NCBI GenBank assembly: GCA_017499595.2
Contig: CM039001.1
Coordinates: forward strand, 3,534,001 to 3,598,000
DNA: 64,000 bases
DNA from: Psilocybe cubensis
Taxonomy: Eukaryota
Reading direction: 5' to 3'
The position numbers were made by a program, and so were the translations under genes. The notes under the pieces were generated by a model. That model was not told where the DNA came from and ran no database searches. It saw only the letters and a list, made by a program, of their open reading frames with translations. The first letter of the stretch is position 1. Each line of letters starts with the position of its first letter. Shown here piece after piece: positions 40,402-53,628 of the stretch.

Positions 40402-43400
40402 ATGTCTGGTAACTTCAGAGCCAGACGCCCTGCTTCACCACCGCCTGGGGTGGTGTACTCATCAAATACCTCGCAGAGGTTTCCACATCCGCGGGATGAG
40501 CATCTGGATGCAGACGCGCGACGAGCTGCGGCGTCCAAGGGGTATGCGCCAGGGCGGAAGAACTATCCTACAGGAGGTCTAAACATCACGTCGGGCGAGT
40601 GGAAGCTGCTTTTTGTAATTGTGATAGTAGCATGCGCGGTACGGTTGTTTAGGCTGTCGAAGCCTAATAGTGTTGTGTGAGTTCCTAGCTTGCTTATACC
40701 GCTGCGGAGATACTTACGGAGCACAATGGAATACAGGTTCGACGAAGTGCATTTCGGGAAATTCGCATCGAGATACATCAAGACACGCTACTTTGTCGAC
40801 GTACACCCCCCTCTTGCTAAACTACTAATCACCCTCGCTGCATTCGTGTTTGGATATAACGGAGACTTTGACTTTAAAGATATTGGAAAGTGAGTGGTCA
40901 AGTGGCTAGATGTCTGAACATTCTGACATTTTGAAGAATCTATGAACATGTACCATACGTAGCCATGCGAATGGTGCCCGCAACCCTGGGTGTTGCGACG
41001 GTACCACTGGCCTATCTTACTCTGCGCGCGCTAGACTGCCGCGCCACAACCGCTCTTTTAGCTTCTATCTTCATTACCTTCGAAAATGGCATGGTCACAC
41101 AGTCCCGGCATATTCTGCTCGACTCGCCACTCATCTTCTTCACTGCACTCACCATTTTCTTCTGGTGCGGGTTCTGTAACGAGGACAAACATGCTGAACC
41201 CTTTTCCCCATCATGGTGGACGTGGCTTACGTTGACGGGTCTGGCCCTCGGCGCTGTGGTTAGCAGCAAGTGGGTAGGCCTGTTTACGATTGCTACTGTC
41301 GGTGTGAGCACAATGTTCCAGCTGTGGAACCTACTTGGTGACCTGCGCGTTCCTCCCCGCCTCTTCATGCGCCACTTCATCGCACGGGCCGTCTGCCTGA
41401 TCCTCGTACCTATTGTGTTCTACATGGCCATGTTCCAAATTCACTTCCTCATTCTCGAAAATTCTGGAGAGGGTGATGGTTTCATGAGCTCTGAATTCCA
41501 GCATACACTTGGAGGACGCGGGATGGCTGACACGTTTGCGGGTGCGCCTCAATCTCGGTCGGTATCTATAACGTCATACTGAACGTTTATTCTTAGATGT
41601 CGCGTTCGGCTCTACTGTGACGATCCGCCACGTAAATACACAAGGTGGATATCTGCACTCGCACCCCCACAACTACCCTGGCGGTAGTAAACGTGAGTTT
41701 TCTCATCCAGAATGTCTTCTCTTATTAAACAGTACGTTTCAGAGCAACAAATCACTCTTTACCCTCACCGAGATTCGAACAACGACTGGCGTCTCTTGAA
41801 TGCAACTATCGATGGAGACAAGGAATTTGATTGGCAATCTTCGCCACTCGAATACATCACCCCAGGGACACGCATCAAGCTGCGTCACCTTGCCACTGAA
41901 AAGCACCTGCACTCGCACGACATCCGCCCTCCCGTCTCCGACGTCGACTTCCAGAATGAGGTCTCAGCATACGGCATGCCTGGCTTTGTCGGCGATGCCA
42001 ACGATGACTGGTATGTGGAAATCGATCACGGTGATAAGCGCGACAAGGAGTCGTACAAGCGTCTGAGGACGCTCAGGACGACATTCAGACTGAGGCACGC
42101 GCTCACGGGTTGTTACCTCTTCTCTCACAAGGTTAAACTACCAGAATGGGGCTTTGAGCAGCAAGAGGTCACTTGTAACAAGAATGCTGTTCGCGCAAAT
42201 TCGCTGTGGTTCATTGAGACCGCTACTCATCCTCTTTGTGGGTTTCTTTCTTGATTAACTGTCTTTTTTTTTTTGTTTCACTGATACTGGCAATTTTATA
42301 GTGCCTTCCACGGCCACTAAAGTGAACTATCAACTGCCTGGGTTCTTTGCCAAATTCTGGGAGCTTCAACAAGTCATGTGGACCACAAACGCTGGATTGA
42401 CCGACCGCCACACATATGACTCCCGACCTGAATCATGGCCAACTTTGCGCCGCGGTATTGTGGGTGCCCTCCTATCTCATAAAGTGCTCTTCTAAACTTT
42501 TCTTGTAGAATTTCTGGGTCAAGGACCATCGACAAATCTACTTGATCGGAAACCCAATGGTCTGGTATTTAAGTACCCTCTCTATCGCTGCCTACGTTGC
42601 GATCCGCGGTATCCTTATCCTTCGCGCTAAGCGAGGATTCAGGGACTTTGACAATAGTTTGTCTGTTCCCCTCACTCGTTGGTACAAAATCTAACTGCTT
42701 CTTACTTTGCAGCCAAAGTTGTCAAGTATGACACCCTCTGCGGCTTCCTGTTCGTGGGGTGGGGTCTTCACTACTTCCCCTTCTTCCTAATGGGCCGTCA
42801 GCTCTTCTTGCACCATTACTTCCCTGCCCTCTACTTCGCTATCTTGCTTTCATGCAGTGTTTTCGATCTCGTGACGTCGACGCTTAGGCCACGCGTGCGC
42901 TTGCAAATCGCGGCAGTTCTGATGGTCTTGGCGATCTGGAATTTCCAGCATATGAGCCCCCTGGCGTACGGAAGTCCCTGGACGAAGGAGAAGTGCAAGC
43001 AGGCGAAATGGTTAAAGACCTGGGACTTTGCTTGGTGCGTCCTTCCCCCTATGTTTCACTTATTATAACTGTTAACCCTTCAAATTTATATTAGCAATGA
43101 CTTCTATGATAACTACTCTCAATATGAATCCTTTGGTGTAGCTACGCCGCAGAAGTCTGTCACTCCAGCGTTCACAACTATCGACGGAGATGGTCGCGGT
43201 CCCGTCGTCGTTCCCAACCCACAAAATCCCGGACACCCTCCGCCTAACCCCGAGACATCGGTCATTGCCGACAAGCCTGAGCCTGGTCGCGACATTTTTG
43301 CGGGCGAGCCCGTCAAGGACGTCAAGAGTGATGGCGTGTACGTTGCTGCCCACCACCAACCAGAACAGAAAATCGCAAAGGAGATTAGCTCTGTCAGGAT

Positions 43401-43542
43401 CACAACTACTGCTGAGGCGAAGGCTGATTCGGATTCGTCCTCTCATGAAGCCGCCGCTGGTGCCGCTGCCCCAGAACCCGTTCTAGACGCAGAGGCCGAG
43501 GCGAAGAAAGCTGCTGCTGAGCTCTTTCCTGAAGCAGCATAA
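40402..43542 (+). CDS. PMT1: Dolichyl-phosphate-mannose-protein mannosyltransferase (GT39), PMT1 subfamily
   Basis: SVV/FDEVHFGKFASRYIKTRYFVDVHPPLAKLL, MIR domain GGYLHSHPHNYPGGSK/QQQITLYPHRDSNNDW (PMT1-type), and RQLFLHHYFPALYF. Confidence 0.9.
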
Positions 43543-43755
43543 GATTATGGATTGAGAAAAGTAATTTCTGTACACAATTTCTCTTACTTAGCTAGTGCGT
43601 GTTGTCCTAACGATATTATTTATTAATGCTCCTTTATCATTCAGTTGGAGACTGCAGACTTGGACAGTTGGCATGGCGTACTTGTAGAGTCGTGCGTATT
43701 ATGTAGAAAATTATCCTTCGTATCACTAAACATGACATACTATCTGGTCGAGAGT

Positions 43756-46700
43756 CTAGGCGCATGGCAGCTGGTACTCTGCTAAGATTGGGCTCATCAG
43801 GAACCAGCACGTTTACGTAATCAAAAGGCTTGGCGCCAAGAGCGGCCAAAATCGACTTCAGAAAAAATCAAAAGTTATGTCGACGGAAATTTAGTACAAA
43901 CACAAGAATAAATGGTAGAAAGTATCATGTAGAATAACATTTGTGCACTAGATAAGTGTATCTATGGTTTTCAAATGATAGAAACAGACTCTTATGCAGA
44001 CATATACTCTGCACGTACTTTGGCAATCATATCTGGAGGAAGTGTACGGTGACTATGATATCTCTTGTTTATCCAGTGAACTTGTGGACCAGTTAGACCA
44101 TGCTCATAGCCTGAAATAAACCTTGCTGATCGGTTTGCATATCTATTGAACATAATTAGTGAAAAGTTAAACTTTTATTTGTGAAAAGTATAAAAGAATA
44201 CCTTCTAATCTGAAGTAAAGGAATATCATCAAGGCATTGAATTACATTGGCTTCCATTTCATCAATGTTGCTTGTTTTGGGTGTATTACGATAGCGAAGC
44301 TTTGCTGCTCCCCAGTATTGTTCAATGAAATTGAGTTCACAATGATATTTCGGATAAAAATCACAGATGTGACCGCGGGAAGTGATCAATTCCTCAAGGC
44401 GTGATTTTTGAGCCACAAAGTCAGGTTGCATGAATAGAATACGTCGACAGCAGCAATCAGTCTTGCCTGGTTCGCATTTAAATCCTTCACATTGGGCAAG
44501 AAGTCCAGATTCTTTCCAAAGACCTCTTTCCCGGATAATTAATTCCATTCCTTTAAACCATCCGGGCATGGTGGGATGGTTTCTGATTCAGAATCAGAAT
44601 CTTCATCTGAAAGAGTAGAAGAAGATGGTTCTTCAAAGTAATCAAGAAATCCTTGCAAGGTGAAGGAGCCATCTTCATTATATGTTATAATCCCTTCATC
44701 ACTGATATACTCTGCAAGGCTCTTCACATTTGGGCCAGATTGGGGACTAGGGGTTGAGGATTGGATGTCCTCCTCCGGAATATCTTCAATAGAAACTGAA
44801 TGATGTTTCTTTTGTGCATATTTGCCCAGGTTTTTGGCTCTAGAAAGTGAGGCTTTGGATTTTCGGGCCATAGATATGATGTATGATGATAGTCGAGTGG
44901 TTCCAAGTGGTCTACTTTATTTTATATCGCTCAAATCACTGCCAACGAGGCTGAGAAACATGCATCGAGGCGTTATCATGATCTTCCGGGAGGTCACGTG
45001 ATCTATTATATAAGCGGCCAAAAGTGACTTCGTCGAATTTTCAGAAATTGCCCAAACTCGTTAAAACATCATTTCCAATGCTTTACAATAAAAAAGGGGG
45101 GGAAAATTTTGTAAGCCTTATATCTTTCTCAAAAAAAATTTTTTTTTCAAAAAAAAACCGCAGATCTATTCAGAAATACACCTTCTACATATCTGTGGTT
45201 TAAAAATGCAGGATAATGTGGTTGTGCGAGTGGTGAAAACGTTCGGAGGTAAGCCAACTTTTGCTTACCTAAGGGGGTGCTGGTTCCTGATGAGCCCAAT
45301 CTTAGAGCTGTCTCGCCGAAGTCCCATAGCTTCACAAATTTCAATCCAGCTGCTTTGCCTAGCTCGATAAACTCGGGTAGACGGCGTTCCTGGCTGTTCA
45401 GCGCGGTCATCATGTCCAAGTCGAGGTTGTACTGTCGAATCCGTCCGGCGCCAAAGTTTGGTAACATGGGTTCGGGCGCTTGTTTGAAAAGTGACTTGTC
45501 GTCGGGAACGCGGTTGGCATGTTGTAAGATATATTCCTCTGGAAAATATGAAATGTAAATTGGTAAAAAGTCTTTGGAATTCCTCCGTCTGTGAAGAGGT
45601 GGGGTGAATGCGACGCACGGACTAAAAGTCTGCTACGAGGAACCATAGCCTCGCGGACATTAGCAAGAATTCTGATACAATCGGCATCAGGCCAGTCGTG
45701 ACTGCAAATAAATAATTGTTAATCGCTGTAATAACATTTTACACATTGAAAACTTACACGATGTTTTTAAGCTTACGAGAATTATCTGTCAGGGGTTGCG
45801 CATCGTCCATTCAATTAAATAATGGACTCACATAATATATGTGGCATCCCGACACTGGAGACTCTGCGAAGAAGTCCAAAGGTTTGAACTCAATGCGGTT
45901 CTCGGCAATAGCCTCTGGACATTGTACAGGCCATATTTCATTTTGTGCTTGCTGAATGGCTCCAGGAAGATCCTGGAGAATGAGTTGAAGCTTGGGATAC
46001 GCCTTCGCTAGCTGAATGGTGATATTCCCGATACCTCCCCCGACGTCGCAGACGGTGGCGCCATCCGGAAGTTCACCCCAAGGGAATTCTTGATTTCAAA
46101 TAACTTCAGTCAGGGTTTCTGTCTGCCAGATTGATTCATTCACTAAAGGTCTCACGCACCGTGAATGACGGACTGGGCTTCACTTGCGGTACCCCAGCCG
46201 ATCATACCAAGCCCGAAACGAGCGCCTCGCTCAGCGCCCTTGGGCTTATCCTAGCGATCAAAGTCGATCTTTTAATCATCTTCTGTGCAATGAGGTGATG
46301 TAATTTCAAAACGCACCGTCTCGTAATACACAAATAATGGATCTGGGAATCCGGTGTACTTGTTGAATGCAGTGTGGTTTGGGGCATAAGAATGACCCCA
46401 TTCCTTGTCCGCCAGAACGTCTGAAAGTAGGACGGTTGACTTTTGGCACTCATCCGTACTTCCAGGTTAAATGCGTTTAGCTGCTATACGGAAACTGATA
46501 ACAAATGAAGCGTACAAGTGTAGTCCTAGACTGGACAGAGGATTTGTACTAAGAAGTTGAACGCTGAGACGATTGTTTGCGAAAACATTTTCGGATACTG
46601 TCCCGAACGCAAGTCAGCGGAATCGCAAAGAGGTATGAACACGTCCTACCTTCTCGAAAGATGTGCTTCGACGCAAGAAGCCTGAGAATTCTCCCGACTT

Positions 46701-47199
46701 TGCCTTCCTCTATTCCTGTCTCTCGCCCAATCTCTGAAATATGCATTCCGGCTGGTTTTTTATTTAGGACATCCGGAATTTTGAACGTGAGCGCAACGTT
46801 GAGACAGTTAGGCTCATAAAACTGGAAGTAAATGCCCGATCGCGGTCAGAAAGATAGTTCATATCTATTTTCTGGAAACACGTACACCCATGAGCCTCTG
46901 AGTAGTTACAATATCAATTAATGAACAATTGCTCTGCCAACTGAATTACGAGCTCTTACATTCACGATGGTATGACTAGGCCTCGCCACAGTGGCCGAGA
47001 GCTGAGCACAGGCACCCTCAATTATCTGAATTGCTGTTCTCAGCTCTTTACTCGATCGCTCGTCAAATGGATGTGGGTCCGTATCGTCCAGAGAGGGGAC
47101 ATAAGGCCGTTCCGTACTCGCATACTGCGCTTCAACGACTTTCGCGGCGTCAGATATGAGAGCAGCCAGCGCAGCAATTTGGCCATGTGGATGAGACAT
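43756..47199 (-). CDS. SAM-dependent O-methyltransferase (Methyltransf_2 family), last exon interrupted by a transposon
   Basis: VCDVGGGIG SAM motif, LQDLP, DFF, HDWPD, LDMMTALNSQER. Removing 43785-45302 and one TA restores ...WDFGETALAEYQLPCA* ending at 43756. Confidence 0.9.
43785..45302 (-). mobile_element. IS630/Tc1/mariner-like DNA transposon, internally deleted (non-autonomous), 1518 bp
   Basis: Perfect 26-bp TIRs agattgggctcatcaggaaccagcac (43785-43810) and its reverse complement (45277-45302), flanked by TA on both sides (43783-84, 45303-04). Internal transposase remnants are present. Confidence 0.93.
43950..44871 (-). pseudogene. Tc1/mariner-like (DDE_3-type) transposase remnant
   Basis: The N-terminal piece MARKSKASLSRAKNLG.. 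is fused out of frame at ~44580 to MPGWFKGM..CCCRRIL..QPDF..FYPKYHCELNFIEQYWGAAK..IRR/YANRSARFISGY..KRYHSHR. The central catalytic region is missing. Confidence 0.85.
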
Positions 47200-47922
47200 T
47201 CTGGCTTGTAGTTTAGACGAGACTCAAGGAAGGTCAATGAGTACCATAATTTGCAAAAAAATGCAACCCTTATAAAGGATCCAGGCGTACACGCCTTTTG
47301 TGGAAAGGCACCGGTGGGCGCCTTTGTTCATGTACCGCATTGTTTCGGAGAATTCGTGATAAAAAGGGGATGCATATCGCACTAAATAGGTCGCCTAATG
47401 GTTTGGTTGAGCCATTGAAGTCATTTATCTTCTGATATTTGCGCGAATCAAAACACGCGCTTAAGGGAATTAGTTGACTGGGTATTATGTCGTGCTTGTT
47501 ACTGACGCGTGTAAAGCTTCCACCGGGGATTTGATCTTTGAAAATGGCAACTACAGTCCAAGAATGGGTTGACTCGCATACATTTGACTCTGGCAAGCTC
47601 CCCGAGTTTGTGGAGCCTTGCTGAGCTTTCAAGACGATGTTGTCATAATGCCCACACCGCTCAACTAGCATTGCCCAACAATTATTATGACTGAAATAGA
47701 TCCAGATGATGAAGTAATCCGTTCTAACCAGCCTCATTTTGGAAGATTCGTTGATACTAATCACGATTCCCGCAATCCATGGACCATAGTGAGTGTCCAA
47801 AGTGACTGCGTATGCCCCTTCTAAGCTGGTTAAGTCGCAGGTTAGGTCAGGTTAGGTAACCGAGATTACCGTACTGCCCCTAATGAGGACCGACAGGTGT
47901 GCGGCAGCAGGGAGGCGAGATG

Positions 47923-50308
47923 TCAAAAGAAGACAGTCGCGATATCCAATTTGCTAAGGCCAACAACTGCCTGGACGAACTCACGGCCTTGTAAATGTGT
48001 AGGCTGAGAATCCAAGTACTGCTGAGCCTCAGTACTGATGTGACCTTGCAGAGAATCCGCAACAGGAAACAGTTCCACATCTGGCTCACAAACGGTTCCT
48101 TCAGGGGGGAGTATCCCGTCGACAAAATAGTTCCGCACATGTCGATAGGTACAAGGAGACGGCGCTGCCAATGAGCAATGCTGTGAACGAGGAACCGAAG
48201 TCGAGTCAGAGTGTGTATATTATATAAATCAGGATGATTACTGACGCCCAGTGAGTTTTGTTGAAGTACAACGGATCCTTCAAAACCCTGGGCCATCTTT
48301 CGTGCGCTATGTGCATCTTTAGTGGAGTTCAACATGTCGTTAGGTATATCGGCATGTACTCACGACGATAAGGGAGTGACGGGATCTTTCGAAAGGAATG
48401 ATTTGCCTTGATAACTGACAGGCAAAGAACGTAAAGCATACCTGCTGTATTTCCAATCATCAGAATTGGGTGACTCGTTTTACCCTCGAATGGCCCTAAA
48501 ATTATTTGAGCCCTGGTGAGATAATAACGAGGATATATTGTAGCGCCAACCTCGGAATTGCGTTGTGGGAAACTTAGGCCATCCTCTACAGGCAAATACA
48601 GAAGTCAGTACCAAAATGATGGGTAATATATGTTACTCACAAACACCCAAATCTAATCGAAGCCCAAAAATCACCCCATTGTGAAGCCTTCATTGTCAGT
48701 TGTAAATGGGCTTCCAGAGCGTCGATATCTTCTTGAATCTCCTCGCCGTCATTACATATAATGGTAGTGGGGGCATCCGCAATAATGTCGTTTTTAGGGG
48801 TCCTTGATTGGCTGTCGCAGTGGCACTCAGGTGTCTTCCGGCTAGGGACCAACGTATAGATAGCTGTCCCATTTCCTGCCGCAAGTTCGGAGAGCGCCTT
48901 GGCCAAAGCGGAAAAGTAGGTATATGGGCTAAATAAAGTTGAAAATATCGTCCGCCTCAGTTTTTTGTAGTCAAGTATTCCATACGCCGAGTCTGCCTTA
49001 ATGGGCATAGGATGAGAACGAATATGCTTCATGATAACAGTGAGATTTTGGCGTATATCGTCTGCAGTAGGGGCCCAAAATTGACAGTTCTCTGGGCCGG
49101 CACCAGCACAGCCTGTTAAAAATGCGTCAAAAACTTTGTCCGTGTCGATAAGACTTGTTCCCCGTCGTTCGACTGTATCTGAATGAGTAGCGTAAGAATA
49201 TTCATTTGTCAATTACTTACCACCATAGTGGTCTTCGGCGTCAGCAACACCATCGAGAACCATACGTTCAATTTTATCCTAAGGTTTTATCGTTAGAACT
49301 AGGCCAGCAATTTTGAGTGTTTGATTACAGGAAACATAGCTGCAAACGTTGCCCCTAAGACGGTTCCATATCTAAACATATTAAATGGTTACATGCAACG
49401 AATCGGGCTCAGGGGAATGCAACGTACGAGAACCCCCAATATTGCAGCTTTGATCTACCATGAGCCTCAACAATTCGAAGCATATCACGAGCCGTGTAAT
49501 CGGTGTTGATATGCCTCAAGTACCCACTATCAGCTTCTGCGGCCAACTGGCCCACAATTTTGGCGCGGGCCAATGTTCGGTGGATACCCTCATCAGATCC
49601 ATTCACCAGGGGCAAGGAGACGTAATCAAACAACGATCTTTCGATATCTGTTTTGAAGAAAGAAACACGAGGAATTGACCTTGCTATCCCTGAATTGGAG
49701 GTAAAAATTGAGCAAGACTAATATGAAGAAAAAAAGAAACGCACCGCGAGGATCAAAACCAATAAGGTCAAACTCAGGACCAAGGATGGTACTGAAGAGA
49801 TCTCCCGTTTCTCCAATGATAAAGTCAACGCCGCTTGCACCTGGGCCTCCCGGATTGAAAAGAATTGGTCCTCGATAGAGCTTGGAGTCCTTTGGGACCA
49901 CTGCAGGCTTGCGTACAAGAGCAATGACCGCCTCGCCTCCGGAATCTTGATTAGAGTAATCCAATGGGACCTATGTAATATTATTGTCAACGAAGATACA
50001 GACCCCTCGAAGAAATCGAGCTGACAATGAGACGAGCGCATTGGCGACCAGGAGCACAGTTCCTCCAGACTAAGTCCCTGCTCGGGCGAAGCTGCATGAA
50101 AACTCGTGAGCTTGCGGTACCATGTTTCATGAACAGCTTGATATCGTACCTGTTCCCAACTCCTAAAACCATCCCACGATTCACTTGTAGATACATTCCT
50201 AAATTTTCCACCAAGGTTGGCCCGGGCGCCCAAATCGAAAAGCATGAACCCTGCCAGTACAATTGAAGTTGCCATCAAGATTGCCAGTTTGAACCGAGGG
50301 GGTGGCAT
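47923..50308 (-). CDS. Alpha/beta hydrolase, TAP-like (peptidase S33-like; Abhydrolase_1 + Abhydrolase_4), copy 1
   Basis: N-terminal hydrophobic anchor, ILFNPGGPGASG, GFDPRG, YWGFS/YGT nucleophile motif, IGNTA/DPVTP, G/HCSLAAPSPCT. Confidence 0.9.
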
Positions 50309-50737
50309 GATTGGGTTGTAGCGACTTTCAACGTGAGTGGCTAAGGACCAAAATTGTTGAGCTCAGGTTGAGAGCGTTAATACGCAGTCGCATTGCAATT
50401 TCAGGCCCCAGGAGATATGATTCAAAGAACGGAATGTTATGCATCCACATGGTCACGATGAAGCTTGTTGACCTGGGCCAGGGCAACACGATCGGCAATC
50501 ACTGAGTTTGAATAGGTGCCGTCTCAGAGTTTCGTCTACAAGCTTCCACAAGAGTCAACAGTTGGTCAATAGTCCTTCTCAATTCTAAAAGTGAGAAAGA
50601 AATCTTTTAAATGTTTGAATATTAACTGTGGATAGTGTGCAGTATATTGCATTGCTACTAGGCTTGTTAAATAAAGGTTTATTTACAAGTAGTTTGCGTT
50701 CAAGAGTGGTTGCTCGCCGATCTCGTCGAACTTCACC

Positions 50738-53119
50738 TCAGAGAGGACCTGACACAATTTCTATCCCGCTGAGATCGATGACTGCCTGCAAGAATGCTGG
50801 ATCATGAAGATCAGAAGATGCGTTTTTCAAGATCATCTGCTCTTCGTCAGCCTCCACAGTTATACTACTGAGATCCGGAACAGAGAATATGCCTCTAATT
50901 GGCTCACAAACTGTTCCTGCAGGAGGAAGAGTTCCATCAATGAAATACTTGCGCACATATTGTTGTGTGCATGGCGATGGTGCTGCCAGGGAGCAATGCT
51001 GGAAAGACAAATCCGAGCCCAAGGAAAGGAGAAAAAATGATTAGCTTGCATCTGAAAGAATCATAGCGTGTACATACCCCTAATGAATTTTGTTGGAGTA
51101 CAACGGACCCTTCGAAACCACGAGACATGTTCCTTGCACTATCAGCGTTGAGTATGATCATTCCAGTAGTTCAAAAACATCAACTTACGCCCATAGCGGG
51201 GTAACGGGATCTTGAGACAAACGTGATTAAGCAAGCGTTTGATTGCATAGTTGAAAAGAGGCATATATACCTGCCGTATTTCCAATGAGGAGAATAGGAT
51301 GACTGGTCTTCCCCTCAAAAGGACCTAAGCTCCTATCAGCACAAGAAACATTAACGCCATACAACTAGGGGGCGAATAACCTCTAAATTGGGTCTTGGGA
51401 AATTTGGGCCATCCTCTGACATTATGACTTAGAGGTCATGTTAACGGCTAGTGAAGTATTAATAGTACTCACAAACAGTTCAATCGAAGCCCAGCCCATA
51501 CATCACCCCAAAATGACATCTTCATTAAATTGTTCAAATGATTTTCCAAAGCGACTACGTCTTCAAGGATCTCTTCGCCGTCGTTGCATAGGATGCCTGT
51601 CGTTGCGTCCGTGACACTGGAATTAAATGGAGATGACTCAGGAGAACATTGACAATCAGGGGACTTGGGACCAGGAATCAACGTGTAGAGAGCAGACGCA
51701 TTCCCAGCAGATAGATCAGCAAGAGCCGTGGCCAAAGAAGGGAATAACGTATATGGCTTGTAAAGTGTGGTAAAGATCGTCTCTTTTAACTTCCTATAGT
51801 CCAGTACTCCATATGTTGTGTCTGTTTTAACTGGGATTGGTCGAGAGCGAATGCTCTCAAATATCACAGTCAAGTTTCGTCGTATATCATCTGCAGTCGG
51901 CGCCCAGAAATGGCAATTCTCAGGGCCAGCTTCAGCACACTCCGTGAAGAACCCATCGAGAATTTTATCGGTATCGATCAGGCTAGTCAAATGTCTATCC
52001 ACTGGATTCAAATGAGTTATGTAACATGAATTTTAAAGCAAAACATTTACATGCGTAGTAATCCTCGGCATCAGCAACTCCGTCAATGACCATTCGTTCA
52101 ATTTTATCCTGTGTCGTCATGATTAACGTGTTTTGTTGGCTCACTCGTCAAACTCACCGGAAACATAGCTGCAAAAGTCGCTCCGAGGATAGTACCATAT
52201 CTACGGCAGAGTTATGAATAAACGGTTAAGCTGGCCAAAGAGCTCAACGCACGAAAAGCCCCAATACTGTAATTTAGACCTTCCATACGCCTCGACAATC
52301 TGAAGCATATCACGCGCAGTGTAGTCGGTATTCATGTGTCGCAAGTAGCCGTTATCGCTCTCTGCAGCCAATTGGCCTACAAGCTTGGCACGAGCCAGCG
52401 TTCTATGGATACCCTCATCCGAATTGTTCACAAGGGGCAATGTAGTATAGCTAAACAGATGTCTTTCCATGTCCGTCTTAAAAAAAAGAGATACGTGGTG
52501 TTGACCTGGCTATCCCTGGAAGCATGTTTAAGCATCGTAAAATTTTGATGGGCACTTCTAACTAACATACCTCGAGGGTCGAAGCTGACAAGATCAAATT
52601 CAGGACCAACGATGGTGGCCAGAAGGTCTGCAGTTTTCCCCATGATGAGGTCAACTCCACTTCCGCCAGGACCTCCGGGATTGAAAAGGATTGGTCCCCG
52701 ATACTTTTCAGAATCTCGTGGAACCACAGCAGGTTTGCGCACAAGGGCAATAACCGCTTTCTCATTGTTTGGGTTGGCATAGTCCAAAGGAACCTACACA
52801 ACAGTTTGTTAACGACAGACCACAAGAAGCACACACGACTCACGATCAGTCGAGCACATTCGCGTCCAGGAGCGCATTCCTCCCAGACTAGATCTTTGTT
52901 TGGGGCAATCTATGAAAATGACTCGTTCCCAATTGGCCAATCTAAACTAGAAGAATCACTTACCCATTCCCATGCTCCTATACTCTGCAAACTGTCGCAT
53001 CCACTTTGCAGCTGGTGGTAACTAACCTTGGTATTGGGAAGATGCAGAAAGAATCCCAATCCTACGATTGAACATATTGCAACAACTGACAGCTTGAACC
53101 ATTGACCCTTAGGAGCCAT
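50738..53119 (-). CDS. Alpha/beta hydrolase, TAP-like, copy 2
   Basis: Same motifs and exon layout as copy 1: NPGGPGGSG, SFDPRG, YWGFS/YGT, DPVTP, HCSLAAPSPCT. Confidence 0.9.
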
Positions 53120-53628
53120 TCCTCAACGAGCGAAAAGACTTTCCACCTGTTACACAGTTGGCGGGTCAGAGTAGGAATGATGCGCAGTAAAGATCCAGTA
53201 ACGGGCGTGGTATTTTGAACAAATATAGAGCCGCCCATGGCTATTGTGTGAACGTTGAGGCCAAGTCGGGCTACAGCAACAAAGGACATAAATCTGAGTT
53301 TAAATTCTGACATCAACGACTACGGGCCCAAAATAATTCCTCAACGACATGTCTACGAACAAATTGTACTTCCGCAGGGCGCGGTCTCTATTGCTCTGTA
53401 TATACGAACGATATTGAAGTCTGCAAGCTTCTACAAGAGTCAACAAGTCGATCAGCGCGAAATTTATACATGTTCCACCAACATTTGTTGAACAAATGTT
53501 GGAACTTTTTAACTTCCAACAGACAAAACGATCAGAGCCCTTACATTGTCAAGCATGCTACGAGAAGAAGCTTGTGGCCTTGCGATCTATGTTAAAGTGA
53601 TCCCTCGTAGGTCGACGTTGCGTTAGCT

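Noticed and set aside
47270-47800. 176-aa minus-strand ORF between the OMT and hydrolase 1
   Set aside because: No motif and random-looking composition. It overlaps the probable OMT promoter (TATAA near 47270).
47826-47862. ggttag-type motifs as interstitial telomere repeats
   Set aside because: Only two or three imperfect units (caggttaggt) and no TTAGGG array.
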